DNA from: Callorhinchus milii
Lineage: Eukaryota
Length of the DNA: 64,000 bases
Direction of reading: 5' to 3'
NCBI RefSeq assembly: GCF_018977255.1
Contig: NW_024704795.1
Location: forward strand, 1 to 64,000
How positions within the stretch are numbered: the first letter of the stretch is position 1; every line of letters starts with the position of its first letter. Shown here in pieces: positions 1-12,121 of the stretch. The notes beneath the pieces were generated by a model that searched no databases, was not told the origin of the DNA, and saw nothing but the letters and a program-made list of their open reading frames with translations. Both the position numbers and the translations under genes were made by a program.

Positions 1-1
1 G

Positions 2-732
<731 letters not shown>

Positions 733-1445
733 TTATAGAGGCCACAGCGCAACGATTGGCTGCAGTCAGGGGAGGAGAGAGTCACCGACACAGGGAAGAG
801 AGATCAGCCTCTGAGCTGCGAGCTCCACCTCCAGCTTCTCAACAAGCATTTCAGACAGGGACTGAATCACCCTCACGAATCACATTGAAAATAAGTAGTG
901 ATGTGAGAATGATATCAAAACATTGTGACTCCCATTGTTTGTTTTTTAGAAAAATAAGGCCTATTTACGGAAATGCTGACGGTTTCTCTGTGTCCGAGTT
1001 TGTCTGAAAACATTCTGAAGACGTTCGACAGCTTCAGGAATCCTGCAGTGGGACGGTTGGCACACTCACCCTCGCAAGCGCGAGGACCTGGGCCAGGGTT
1101 TCCGGACGGGGCCAAATGTTAGCAAAATTTCCTTACCCTTCCCGCCTCTGTTTACCGAGCAGTAACTAGGCACCCGCTTGTTAGTCGATTGGCGCATCGC
1201 TTTTCCGGTGGTAATAATCCCGTCAATAAAAGGAAAGAAGAATTTGGTCCCTCAATCCTTTGACTGTTTGCGGATTTTCCTCTGTCCATGTTCTGTGCTG
1301 CAGTCTCCCGGAGTTTGTGACTGTTTGGCAGCGCAGTGAGTGACAGGAGGCTCTGAGATAGGAGCTCGCCACAGTGTCAGTGTTCTCACAGATAGGACAA
1401 AGGAGAAAGGATTTCACTGGTTCTGTCTGTGTACTCCACGGTTAG

Positions 1446-1542
1446 TAATAATAATAATAATAATAATAATCCTTGCATTTGATATTTTCACATTAGGAGG
1501 ACGTCCCAAAGCGTTTGACAGAACACACTGTAAAGTGAATTG
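1446..1542 (-). mobile_element. SINE 3' tail fragment
   Basis: Matches the 3' end of the full SINE at 7377-7696, with (ATT)n tail. Confidence 0.85.
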
Positions 1543-2010
1543 CCTCACAGAAAATTCAAAAAGCCTGCCAGTTTCACTACATTCTCCTTCCCATCAATAG
1601 CTACAACAGTGGGAAATATACAGCGGTGGTATCGCAAAACACAGCGTTGATCATTCGGCGAAAAATAGAAAAAAACTGAGAAGTTTCCGAGCTCGAGATT
1701 CTGGCTAAACTCTGGCAGTGACACAGACTCTGAGCCTCATCTTATACCTTCAACCTCTAATATTCCATGTCCGTGCCTGTAACATGCTGGGAATTCAGGA
1801 GCATTTGCGTTTATTTTGAGGGAAGCCACATTAACAGTTAACAGTAACTCCTTCTGGTCAGTGAGGTTGAATGGTATTTCCCGCGCACATTCCAGCTGGA
1901 GAGCTGCTTTAACATTACTACTTGATGGGAAACCATGGGGTTTAGAGGTTCACATGGCAATTGAATTGGGGTTCTTTTGGTTTCCGGTTTGCTTTTGCGA
2001 AATTGTTTGA

Positions 2011-2520
<510 letters not shown>

Positions 2521-2553
2521 ACATCTCCTGAACGTCAAGACACAAAGAACAAA

Positions 2554-2569
2554 GGCTCTTATAAGAGCC
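2554..2569 (+). terminator. Histone 3' stem-loop (H4), TATA loop
   Basis: GGCTCTTATAAGAGCC, then AAAGGCTGTAAC HDE-like element at ~2587. Confidence 0.92.
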
Positions 2570-2821
2570 GCCCAAGTGCTCATATCAAAGGCTGTAACTT
2601 CCAAACGAAACTCGTCTGGCGTCAGGCGTTTGTCCTTCACTATATATAATGTGGTCGCTCCAGCGGGAGCCCGAATAAGATTGTCCACAGACAAACCACA
2701 GCTTAGTGTTTCTGTATCCAACTTGTCATGACTTCTGTTACTATGAATCTCACACGGACAGCCTCCATGTTCCCGAAGGTTATGTTGCTAAGGAGCTGGA
2801 GAATTGGAAACCTTGAGCCAC

Positions 2822-3490
2822 GTAGAATGAATAGAATATTACGGCACAGAAGGAGGCCATTCGGCCCATTGTGTCTGCCGGCTGTTTGAAAAGAGCCACC
2901 CAAGTCAGTCCCCTGCTCTCTCCCCATCGCCCTGCAAACTGGTTCTCTCCAAATAATGATCGATTTCTCTCATAAAGTGGCCATCGGCGTCCACCAGCCT
3001 TTCACACAATGGATTCAAGATCCAAACAACTCCTTGTGTGAAAACATTTCTCCTCACCTCCCCTCTGTTTCTTTTAACTCGGTGTCCTCGGGTTACTGAC
3101 CCACCCGCCAGTGGGAATAGTTTCTCCTTCACTCTATCGAATCCGCTCCAAATTCTGAAAACGCTATTTAAAAAAACCAATAATAAATTGGTCATTTTCA
3201 ATCCATGACTGTTTGTGGAACACTGCTGTGTGCAATTGGCTGCCGCGTTCGGTCACAAATGTAGAGTCAATACGCTTTGCAGTATATTCTGTGAAGTGCT
3301 TTGGGAAGGCTAGGGATGTGAAAAGCGCTGTATCAAATGCAAGGATTATTATTAGTATTATTAAATCTCCGCTTAACCTTTCCTGCTCCAAGGAGAATAA
3401 TCCGAGCTTCTCAAGCCTCTCCTGATAACTGAAGTCCCTCATTCCTGGTACCATCCTGGTAAATCTCCTTCACATCCTCTCCAGTATCTC
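2822..3490 (-). mobile_element. CR1 LINE 3' end, interrupted by a SINE
   Basis: Translates to CR1 ORF2 C-terminal motifs (MVPGMRDFSYQERLEKLGLFSLE..LSGDL; GFDRVKEKLFPLAGGSVTRGH..RRNVFTQGVV) and ends in ATTCT-type repeats. Confidence 0.88.
3172..3362 (+). mobile_element. 5'-truncated SINE inserted antisense into the CR1
   Basis: Matches the 3' half of the SINE (TGTGG..GCTGTGTGCAATTGGCTGCCGCGTTC...AAATGCAAGGATTATT). Confidence 0.88.
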
Positions 3491-3569
3491 GCAGGTTCCC
3501 ATTGTTAGTGGGACCAAAGGATCTTGTGTCTCATGCCTCAGCTCTACAGCAACAACAAATGACACGATC

Positions 3570-3900
3570 TTCAGACGGGAATTGAAGGAGGCAAGCTTGG
3601 GGGTGAAGTGCAGGGATTGTGGGGTAGAGTTCCAGACTGTGGGGGCAGGGATGCTGAATGCCTGACCACAATGGGATATGATGAAATTGTGTATTGTGGT
3701 CTCAATGGCCTATGGTGAGAGGCAGTGGTGGAGATGGGCAATGTTGCAGAGGTGTGGAAAGACGGAACAGTTCATGGCATGAATGAAGGGTTTGAAGGGT
3801 AGCTGAAGATCGAAAAGGACACCGAGGTTTCGGATTGGCTCCGTGAGGTGAAGAGTGCAGCCATGAATGGTGGTGTCTGCATTACTGCCGATGTGTCAGC
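3570..3900 (-). mobile_element. Degenerate L2 LINE ORF2 C-terminal fragment
   Basis: Translates to FDLQLPFKPFIH..HLCNIAHL and GQAFSIPAPTVWNS..LASFNSRLKT, typical of the L2 ORF2 C-terminus. Confidence 0.7.
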
Positions 3901-3956
3901 TCATCTTCCATGTTTTCAGTTGTTTTGTGACAGATAGTCCTGATATATGTTCATTG

Positions 3957-4216
3957 GCACACATACACACTGACTCACACACGTACATACCCATGCATAC
4001 ACACGTACACANNNNNNNNNNNNNNNNNNNNNNNNNNNNNNNNNNNNNNNNNNNNNNNNNNNNNNNNNNNNNNNNNNNNNNNNNNNNNNNNNNNNNNNNN
4101 NNNNNNNNNNNNNNNNNNNNNNNNNNNNNNNNNNNNNNNNNNNNNNNNNNNNNNNNNNNNNNNNNNNNNNNNNNNNNNNNNNNNNNCCACACACATGCAC
4201 ACTCACAAACACGTAC
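3957..4216. repeat. Imperfect (CA)n microsatellite, largely N (4012-4186)
   Basis: CA-rich flanks; unmasked paralogue at 28583-28865. Confidence 0.85.
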
Positions 4217-4608
4217 AGGCAAGCAGGGCAATGGGAGAGCAGCACAGAGTGGGAGACGCAAACTGTGGGATTGGGAGCAAGAACATTATCAGGCGTGGAC
4301 GGCTCGGGTCGGGGCGACAGCCATGTGCCCACAGAGGCCAAGAGCGAGCGATCAGTGGGACAGGATCAGCACACGGTCTATGGGTATACACACACAACAG
4401 AGACACATAAATTTATCGAATCAAAACCCATTTAATATGCTGTTGAGTGATGCAGTATTGACAATTGTACATCTTACATTAAGTGCACATACTCCACACT
4501 CAAAAAATGAACACAAGGCAGAAAATCAGGATTCCTGTTTGCATATTATATTTCAGTTGCTGGAGACAGACACAGGGAACACTTCGGCAACAATCATACT
4601 CACTCTGG

Positions 4609-6061
4609 ATAACTGGCCTGGTCTCTGTATAACAGGCCTGGTCTCTGTATAACAGCGCTGGTCTCTGCATAATAGACCTGGTCTCTGTAAGGCTGCTCTG
4701 GTCTCTGTATTAGTGGCCTGGTCTCTGTATAAGAGGCCTAGACTCTGTATAACAGCGCTGGTCTCTGCATAATAGACCTGGTCTCTGTAAATCTGCTCTG
4801 GTCTCTGTATTACTGGCCTGGTCTCTGTATAAGAGGTCTGGTCTCTGTATAACAGGCCTGGTCTTGGAATAACTGGCCTGGTCTCTGTAAAACTGGCCTG
4901 GTCTCTGTATAACAGCTCTGGTCTCTGTATGACTGGCCTTGTCTCTGTATTAGAGGTCTGGTCTCTAAATAAGAGGCCTGGTCTCCGAATAACTGGCCTG
5001 GTCTCTGTAAAACTGGCCTGGTCTCTGTATAACTGGCCTGGTCTCTGTATAACAGGCCTGGTCTCTGTTTAACTCGCCTGGTCTCTGTATAAACGGCCTG
5101 GTCTCTGTAAATTGGCCTGGTCTCTGTAAAAACAGCCCTGGTCTCTGTATAAGTGGCCTGGTCCATGTATAACAGGTCTGGTCTCTGTATAACTGGCCTG
5201 GTCTCTGTGTAACAAGCCTCGTCGCTGTAAAACTGGCCTGGTTTCTGTAAAACTGACCGGCTCTCTGTATAACAGCTCTGGTCTCTGTACAGCTGGCCTG
5301 GTCTCTGTATAACAGCTCTGGTCTCTGTATGACTGGCCTTGTCTCTGTATTAGAGGTCTGGTCTCTGAATAAGAGGCCTGGTCTCCGAATAACTGGCCTG
5401 GTCTCTGTAAAACTGGCCTGGTCTCTGTATAACTGGCCTGGTCTCTGTATAACAGGCCTGGTCTCTGTTTAACTCGCCTGGTCTCTGTATAAACGGCCTG
5501 GTCTCTGTAAACTGGCCTGGTCTCTGTATAACAGCCCTGGTCTCTGTATAAGTGGCCTGGTCCCTGCATAACAGGTCTGGTCTCTGCATAACTGGCCTGG
5601 TCTCTGTATAACAGCTCTGGTCTCTGTATGACTGGCCTTGTCTCTGTATTAGAGGTCTGGTCTCTGAATAACTGGCCTGGTCTCTGTATAACTGGCCTGG
5701 TCTCTGTAAAACTGGCCTGGTCTCTGTATAACTGGCCTGGTTTCTGTATAACAGGCCTGGTCTCTGTTTAACTCACCTGGTCTCTGTATAAGAGGTCTGG
5801 TCTCTGTATAAGAGGCCTGGTCTCTGTATTACTGCCCTGGTCTCTGTATTACTGGCCTGGTCTCTGTATAAGAGGCCTGGTCTCTGTATTACTGCCCTGG
5901 TCTCTGTATAACAGCCCTGGTCTCTATATAAGTGGTCTGGTCTCTGTATAACAGCCCTGGTCTCTGTATAGCAGCCCTTGTGTCTGTATTACTGGCCTGG
6001 TCTCTGTATAAGAAGCTTGTTCTCTGTATAAGAGGCCTGGTCTCTGTATAAGAGGTCTGGT
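4609..6061 (-). repeat. 20-bp satellite array (~1.45 kb)
   Basis: Tandem AACTGGCCTGGTCTCTGTAT-type monomers. Confidence 0.97.
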
Positions 6062-6071
6062 GTATCAAGCT

Positions 6072-6345
6072 ATAATAATAATAATCCTTGCATTTAATAT
6101 GTAGTGCACTGTCATGACTTGATGGCATCTCAAAGCGCTTCACAGAATATGCTGTTAAATGAATTGACTGTATATTTTGTTGGTGAAATCCGGCAGCCAA
6201 TGGTGCACAGCAGTGTGCCACAAACAGGAGTGGATTGAGTGACCGGATTATTGTTCTTGAAAAGATTTCTTGGTCGGCAATAATACCTTCAAGCAGCAGC
6301 AAAACACACAGGCTTTTTCGGATGCACACACACAGCAATATCACT
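6072..6345 (-). mobile_element. Older diverged SINE copy bordering the satellite
   Basis: Shares the SINE core and AAATGCAAGGATTATT tail; recurs at 12744, 13440, 44298 and 44960. Confidence 0.8.
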
Positions 6346-6861
6346 TAGACGTGGAGGGATTATCTATTTGATACTCACGTATAGATAGCAAGACATGAAC
6401 ACGGAGTATTGATTCCGTGTTTGTGTACAAGATTAGAGAGCCTCTGAAATGAATTCAAATTAATATGACACACAATCAGTATTCTCACAAATTATCAACT
6501 ATAGAAACAATCCACAGGCCCACACTTGCAGCAGATACACTGCCACCATCACAAGCAACTCACCTGCAAGCACCCAGTAGCATTCCTAGACATTGCAACA
6601 CAATACCTTACCAATCAGGATACATTGTTGAAAGGACGTGCACAACCTACAACACAGAGTGACATTTTGTCAGGAACACCAAATTTGAAAGTTTTTTTTT
6701 GAGGAGAGTTATTGTTAAATAAAGCCTGTCAACCTTTGCTGTCAATAGGGTTGGACTGTAGAGTGTCACTAACTGATTGGGTATGTTTAAGGGAAAGCTG
6801 GAATCCTAGAAAAGTCCTGCATGTTGTGGGTAATGGAAATTTCCAACAGACAGTGTGTCCG

Positions 6862-7062
6862 GCCTGACTCAGTGGTTGGTCTCTCGCCGCTGGGTCAGAA
6901 GGTTGCTGGTTCAAGCCGTAGTTTGGGACATCGTCTCAACTGACTTTCCAATGCAGTGCTGGGGCAGTGTTGCACTGTCGAAGGTGCCGTCCTTTGGATG
7001 AAAAGTTAAACTGAGGTCCCGGCTGCTTGTTCAGTTGGAAGATAAAGATTGCATGGCACTAA
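6862..7062 (+). mobile_element. Old Deu-type (SacSINE1/AmnSINE1-like) SINE fragment; copies at ~43585-43785 (-) and ~54440-54640 (+)
   Basis: tRNA-like head plus GCACTGTCGAAGGTGCCGTCCTTTGGATGA..GTTAAACTGAGG..CATGGCACTA, recognised from memory as the Deu domain. Confidence 0.65.
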
Positions 7063-7376
7063 ACTACTTCCAATGTGGGGCATGAACCCACAACCTACTG
7101 GCTCAGAGGTGAGGCTGCTAAAACTGAGCCACACTGACAGACGTACACTTTATTGTCTTTCAGATTAAACTTCAGGACATGAGTAAGGAATGTTGTCCAC
7201 AGCTGATGATGGATATTTCACTGTTTATCTACAGATTTGTGCTCAAGAGGAATATTTGAACTTTGGGCTTCGAGAGAAACAGATCTGAGTTCAACTCCAC
7301 TCAACATGTTAAAAAGACAACTTACTCACAGGATAACAGGGAGCTCACATGATTTACCTGCAGATTCAGACAATCA

Positions 7377-7696
7377 GTGGAGTCCTGTAGCTCAGTGGTT
7401 AGAGCACTCGCTTTGCAAGCGAGAGACCTGAGTTCAATTCCAGGCAGAGGGCGAAACCTTGGGCAAATTTCCTTACTCCACACAGAGCCTAATAATAATC
7501 CCTCCAAAACAATACAATAATAAATTGGTCATTTTCAATCTACGACTGTATGTGGGACATTGCTGTGCGCAATTCGCTGCTGCGTTCGCCCACAAATACA
7601 CAGCTAATTCACTTTACAATATGTTCTGTGAAGCGCTTTGGGACGTCCTCCTGACGTGAAAAGCGCTATATCAAATGCAAGCATTATTATTATTAT
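7377..7696 (+). mobile_element. Full-length tRNA-derived SINE with L2-like tail
   Basis: A box TAGCTCAGTGG, B box GTTCAATTCC, TTTGCAA anticodon-like loop, core, (ATT)n tail; AATCA(G) target-site duplication at 7372 and 7697. Confidence 0.93.
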
Positions 7697-8403
7697 AATC
7701 AGATGTTACCCACATGAGAACCAAACACAATATCAGAGGCATAGACCATCTGGAAAAATTCAACATTCAGTAGTATTTATCTTGATGTTGAATATCCTGT
7801 TATTGAGTGTAGCCTCAGAGAATCAGTCAAACTTTGTAACAAAAGTCGATTTAAAATTAACACTGGATAAGGAGAAACATTATACCATAGTGTCATGTCT
7901 GAACTTTCAATGTTCATATACTTACAGAATTTCAGATCGTGTAAAATTATCATATTGCAAGCAGTGACAGGATTATATGTGATTCCAAGAAAAAAAAGAG
8001 TTTGTTTGAGTCAATTAATGAGAAGTTCATTTTTGTCCACAATAAAGTCACAGGCTGTTTGTCCCTGTGTGTGTGCACACAGGTGCCCCCTGTCCTGCCC
8101 CAGTGTCTCGGCCGCCTGCAGTCACCCGCCGTTCCACACCATTGGAAACCGCACCAAATTCACTCAGATAAAGAAAGGAGTAAATGAGATCCTTCTTCGG
8201 GTTAAGATTAAATCGGTTTCATTAAAGTGATTGATGTGCTCATGATTATCATTTTAATTGTGTGCATCACCAGGAGGCTTTCTAAGGAATGAATGTAACC
8301 TTGTGGGTGGGTCAGAGCCTCTGTCGCTTGGGGGGAAGCTACCAAAGAGGTATCAAAGAGCAGGAAATGGGAAGACACTGTGTGGTGTTGTAACACGGTA
8401 GAA

Positions 8404-8590
8404 AATAATAATAATAATAAGAATAATCCTTGCATTTGATATATCGCCTCATCATATCTTTGACACGACTCAAATCGCTTCACAGAGTACACTGTAAAGC
8501 CACTTGACTGCATTTATTTGGTGAGGGAATCGCAGCAGTCAATTTCACACAGCAGTGTTCAACAAACAGTCTGGATTGAGTGACCAAATT
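8404..8590 (-). mobile_element. Truncated SINE upstream of H3
   Basis: Diverged SINE 3' half with (ATT)n tail; copies at 42050-42236 and 55992-56172. Confidence 0.8.
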
Positions 8591-9064
8591 CTTCTTTCCT
8601 TTTATTGACGGGATTATTACCACCGGAAAAGCGATGCGCCAATCGACTAACAAGCGGGTGCCTAGTTACTGCTCGGTAAACAGAGGCGGGAAGGGTAAGG
8701 AAATTTTGCTAACATTTGGCCCCGTCCGGAAACCCTGGCCCAGGTCCTCGCGCTTGCGAGGGTGAGTGTGCCAACCGTCCCACTGCAGGATTCCTGAAGC
8801 TGTCTTCAGAATGTTTTCAGACAAACTCGGACACAGAGAAACCGTCAGCATTTCCGTAAATAGGCCTTATTTTTCTAAAAAACAAACAATGGGAGTCACA
8901 ATGTTTTGATATCATTCTCACATCACTACTTATTTTCAATGTGATTCGTGAGGGTGATTCAGTCCCTGTCTGAAATGCTTGTTGAGAAGCTGGAGGTGGA
9001 GCTCGCAGCTCAGAGGCTGATCTCTCTTCCCTGTGTCAGTGACTCGCTCCTCCCCTGACTGCAG

Positions 9065-9562
<498 letters not shown>

Positions 9563-9593
9563 ACCCTCCGTCTCCACACTGTGTTTGAACAAA

Positions 9594-9609
9594 GGCTCTT
9601 TTAAGAGCC
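9594..9609 (+). terminator. Histone 3' stem-loop (H3)
   Basis: GGCTCTTTTAAGAGCC plus AAAGAGCGG HDE at ~9627. Confidence 0.95.
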
Positions 9610-10191
9610 ACCAAATAGTCAAACGGAAAGAGCGGCCTCTCCAGCAAACTGTACACTTGACACTCCTCCTCAGCTTAACGCATCTACAGCCCAAACCACT
9701 GTTAAACCGAATGTACAGTAACGGCCGGTGCCGATACAGCGAGATCTGTCTTTCTGTGGATCGTGTCTTGAACCATCCACATGCGTTCATTGTGGGAGGA
9801 AAGCGCGTCGACGCTTCGGGTCCACGACCCTGCGTCAGCACGGACCCGAAACGTTGACTCGCTTTCCTTTCTCCATTGATGCTGCCCGACCTGCTGCTGT
9901 GCTTTGCTTTCAGATTTCCGGCACCGCAGTATTTTGCAGCGGTGTGTGGCTCACATGCATGCGGCATTATTGCAGCGTCTTCGACGCGACGCACAAAGAG
10001 GAACTCTGAACTGCACCCGGACTCCCCAAGTCATCCCAAAGCCCGCAATTATTATATCCGCCCATTCAACTTGATGTGGCGTAAGAGATATGGCTGGTGC
10101 GGGCCCTGTCTCCGCAACTGCCGAGCGAGCTCCCTGCACTGGAGGTCGCTTTGCTGAAACGGCAAACGGCTCTTTCCTGGACCGTGTGGGT

Positions 10192-10207
10192 GGCTCTGAA
10201 AAGAGCC
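10192..10207 (-). terminator. Histone 3' stem-loop (H2A)
   Basis: Consensus GGCTCTTTTCAGAGCC-ACCCA plus GAAAGAGCC HDE. Confidence 0.97.
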
Positions 10208-10236
10208 TTTGGTTGGTTAGGAAAACCTCGGATGAT

Positions 10237-10946
<710 letters not shown>

Positions 10947-11351
10947 ATGGCTGGTGAGGGCAAAACCGATGCCAAAGCCGCTAAATCCGAGGGCAAAGGA
11001 GCGCCCAAAAAAGGCAGCAAGAAAGCGATTCGCAAACCGCAGACTGCGGGCAAGAAGCGCAGGAGGTCGAGGAAGGAGAGTTACTCCATCTACGTGTACA
11101 AGGTGATGAAGCAGGTCCACCCGGACACCGGCATCTCCTCCAAGGCCATGAGCATCATGAACTCCTTTGTGAATGACATCTTCGAGCGCATCGCGTCCGA
11201 GGCTTNNNNNNNNNNNNNNNNNNNNNNNNNNNNNNNNNNNNNNNNNNNNNNNNNNNNNNNNNNNNNNNNNNNNNNNNNNNNNNNNNNNNNNNNNNNNNNN
11301 NNNNNNNNNNNNNNNNNNNNNNNNNNNNNNNNNNNNNNNNNNNNNNNNNNN
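10947..11351 (+). CDS. H2B: Histone H2B with extended N-tail; 3' part under Ns (11206-11367), stop position inferred
   Basis: [44 protein letters not shown] histone fold; end assumes the canonical 48 further residues. Confidence 0.93.
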
Positions 11352-11381
11352 NNNNNNNNNNNNNNNNCATCTACACACAAA

Positions 11382-11397
11382 GGCTCTTTTCAGAGCC
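11382..11397 (+). terminator. Histone 3' stem-loop (H2B)
   Basis: GGCTCTTTTCAGAGCC plus ACAGAGCTGT HDE. Confidence 0.97.
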
Positions 11398-11585
11398 ACA
11401 CACCACCTCTCCGACAGAGCTGTAGCAAAAACGCCTTAAACTTGTGTGTGCACTGACGATATACAGCGCCTTGGCTCGTCGTCCCGACCTGAAAGGCACT
11501 GTACCAATTTAGTCTGTAGCTCCACCGGTGCTCATTTCAGCTGCCCTCAGCGCCTAACCCTCTCTTGTCCTTCAATCCCAATGTC

Positions 11586-11890
11586 CTGAGAATGTCTTAA
11601 AGCAATGAGAGTAGTTGTGCGAGTACAAGATATCCCCTGTTTTATGTCAATTAATTTCGGAGGCTTGTGATTACTGGGGACAAAGGATTTGTTGGGTGGG
11701 GAAGAGAGATATATAAGATATTCTACTGAAATTTCATCAATTTGTATGAAAAATTGTATCAATTTCAAATTATATCAATTTCATCAATCCTTTGTCCGCA
11801 GTAATCACAAGCCTCCGAAATTAATTGACATAAAACAGGGGGATATCTTGTACTCGCACAAATACTCTCATTGCTTTAAGACATCCTCAG
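11586..11890. repeat. Local inverted repeat, ~104-bp arms (11586-11689 / 11786-11890)
   Basis: Arms are near-perfect reverse complements. Confidence 0.9.
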
Positions 11891-12121
11891 AAATCTGAAA
11901 TTCCAACCCTATTGACAGCAAAGGTTGACGGGCTTCATTTAACAATAACTCCTCAAAAAAAAACTTTCAAATTTGGTGTTCCTGACAAAATGTCACTCTG
12001 TGTTGTAGGTTGTGCACGTCCTTTCAACAATGTATCCTGATTGGTAAGGTATTGTGTTGCAATGTCTAGGAATGCTACTGGGTGCTTGCAGGTGAGTTGC
12101 TTGTGATGGTGGCAGTGTATC

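Noticed and set aside
3867-4652. ORFs spanning N runs and CA/TG microsatellites
   Set aside because: Open only because of Ns and low complexity.
7379-7452. tRNA-Ala(TGC) gene
   Set aside because: It is the head of a SINE: the acceptor stem does not close and it continues into the core and (ATT)n tail with a target-site duplication.
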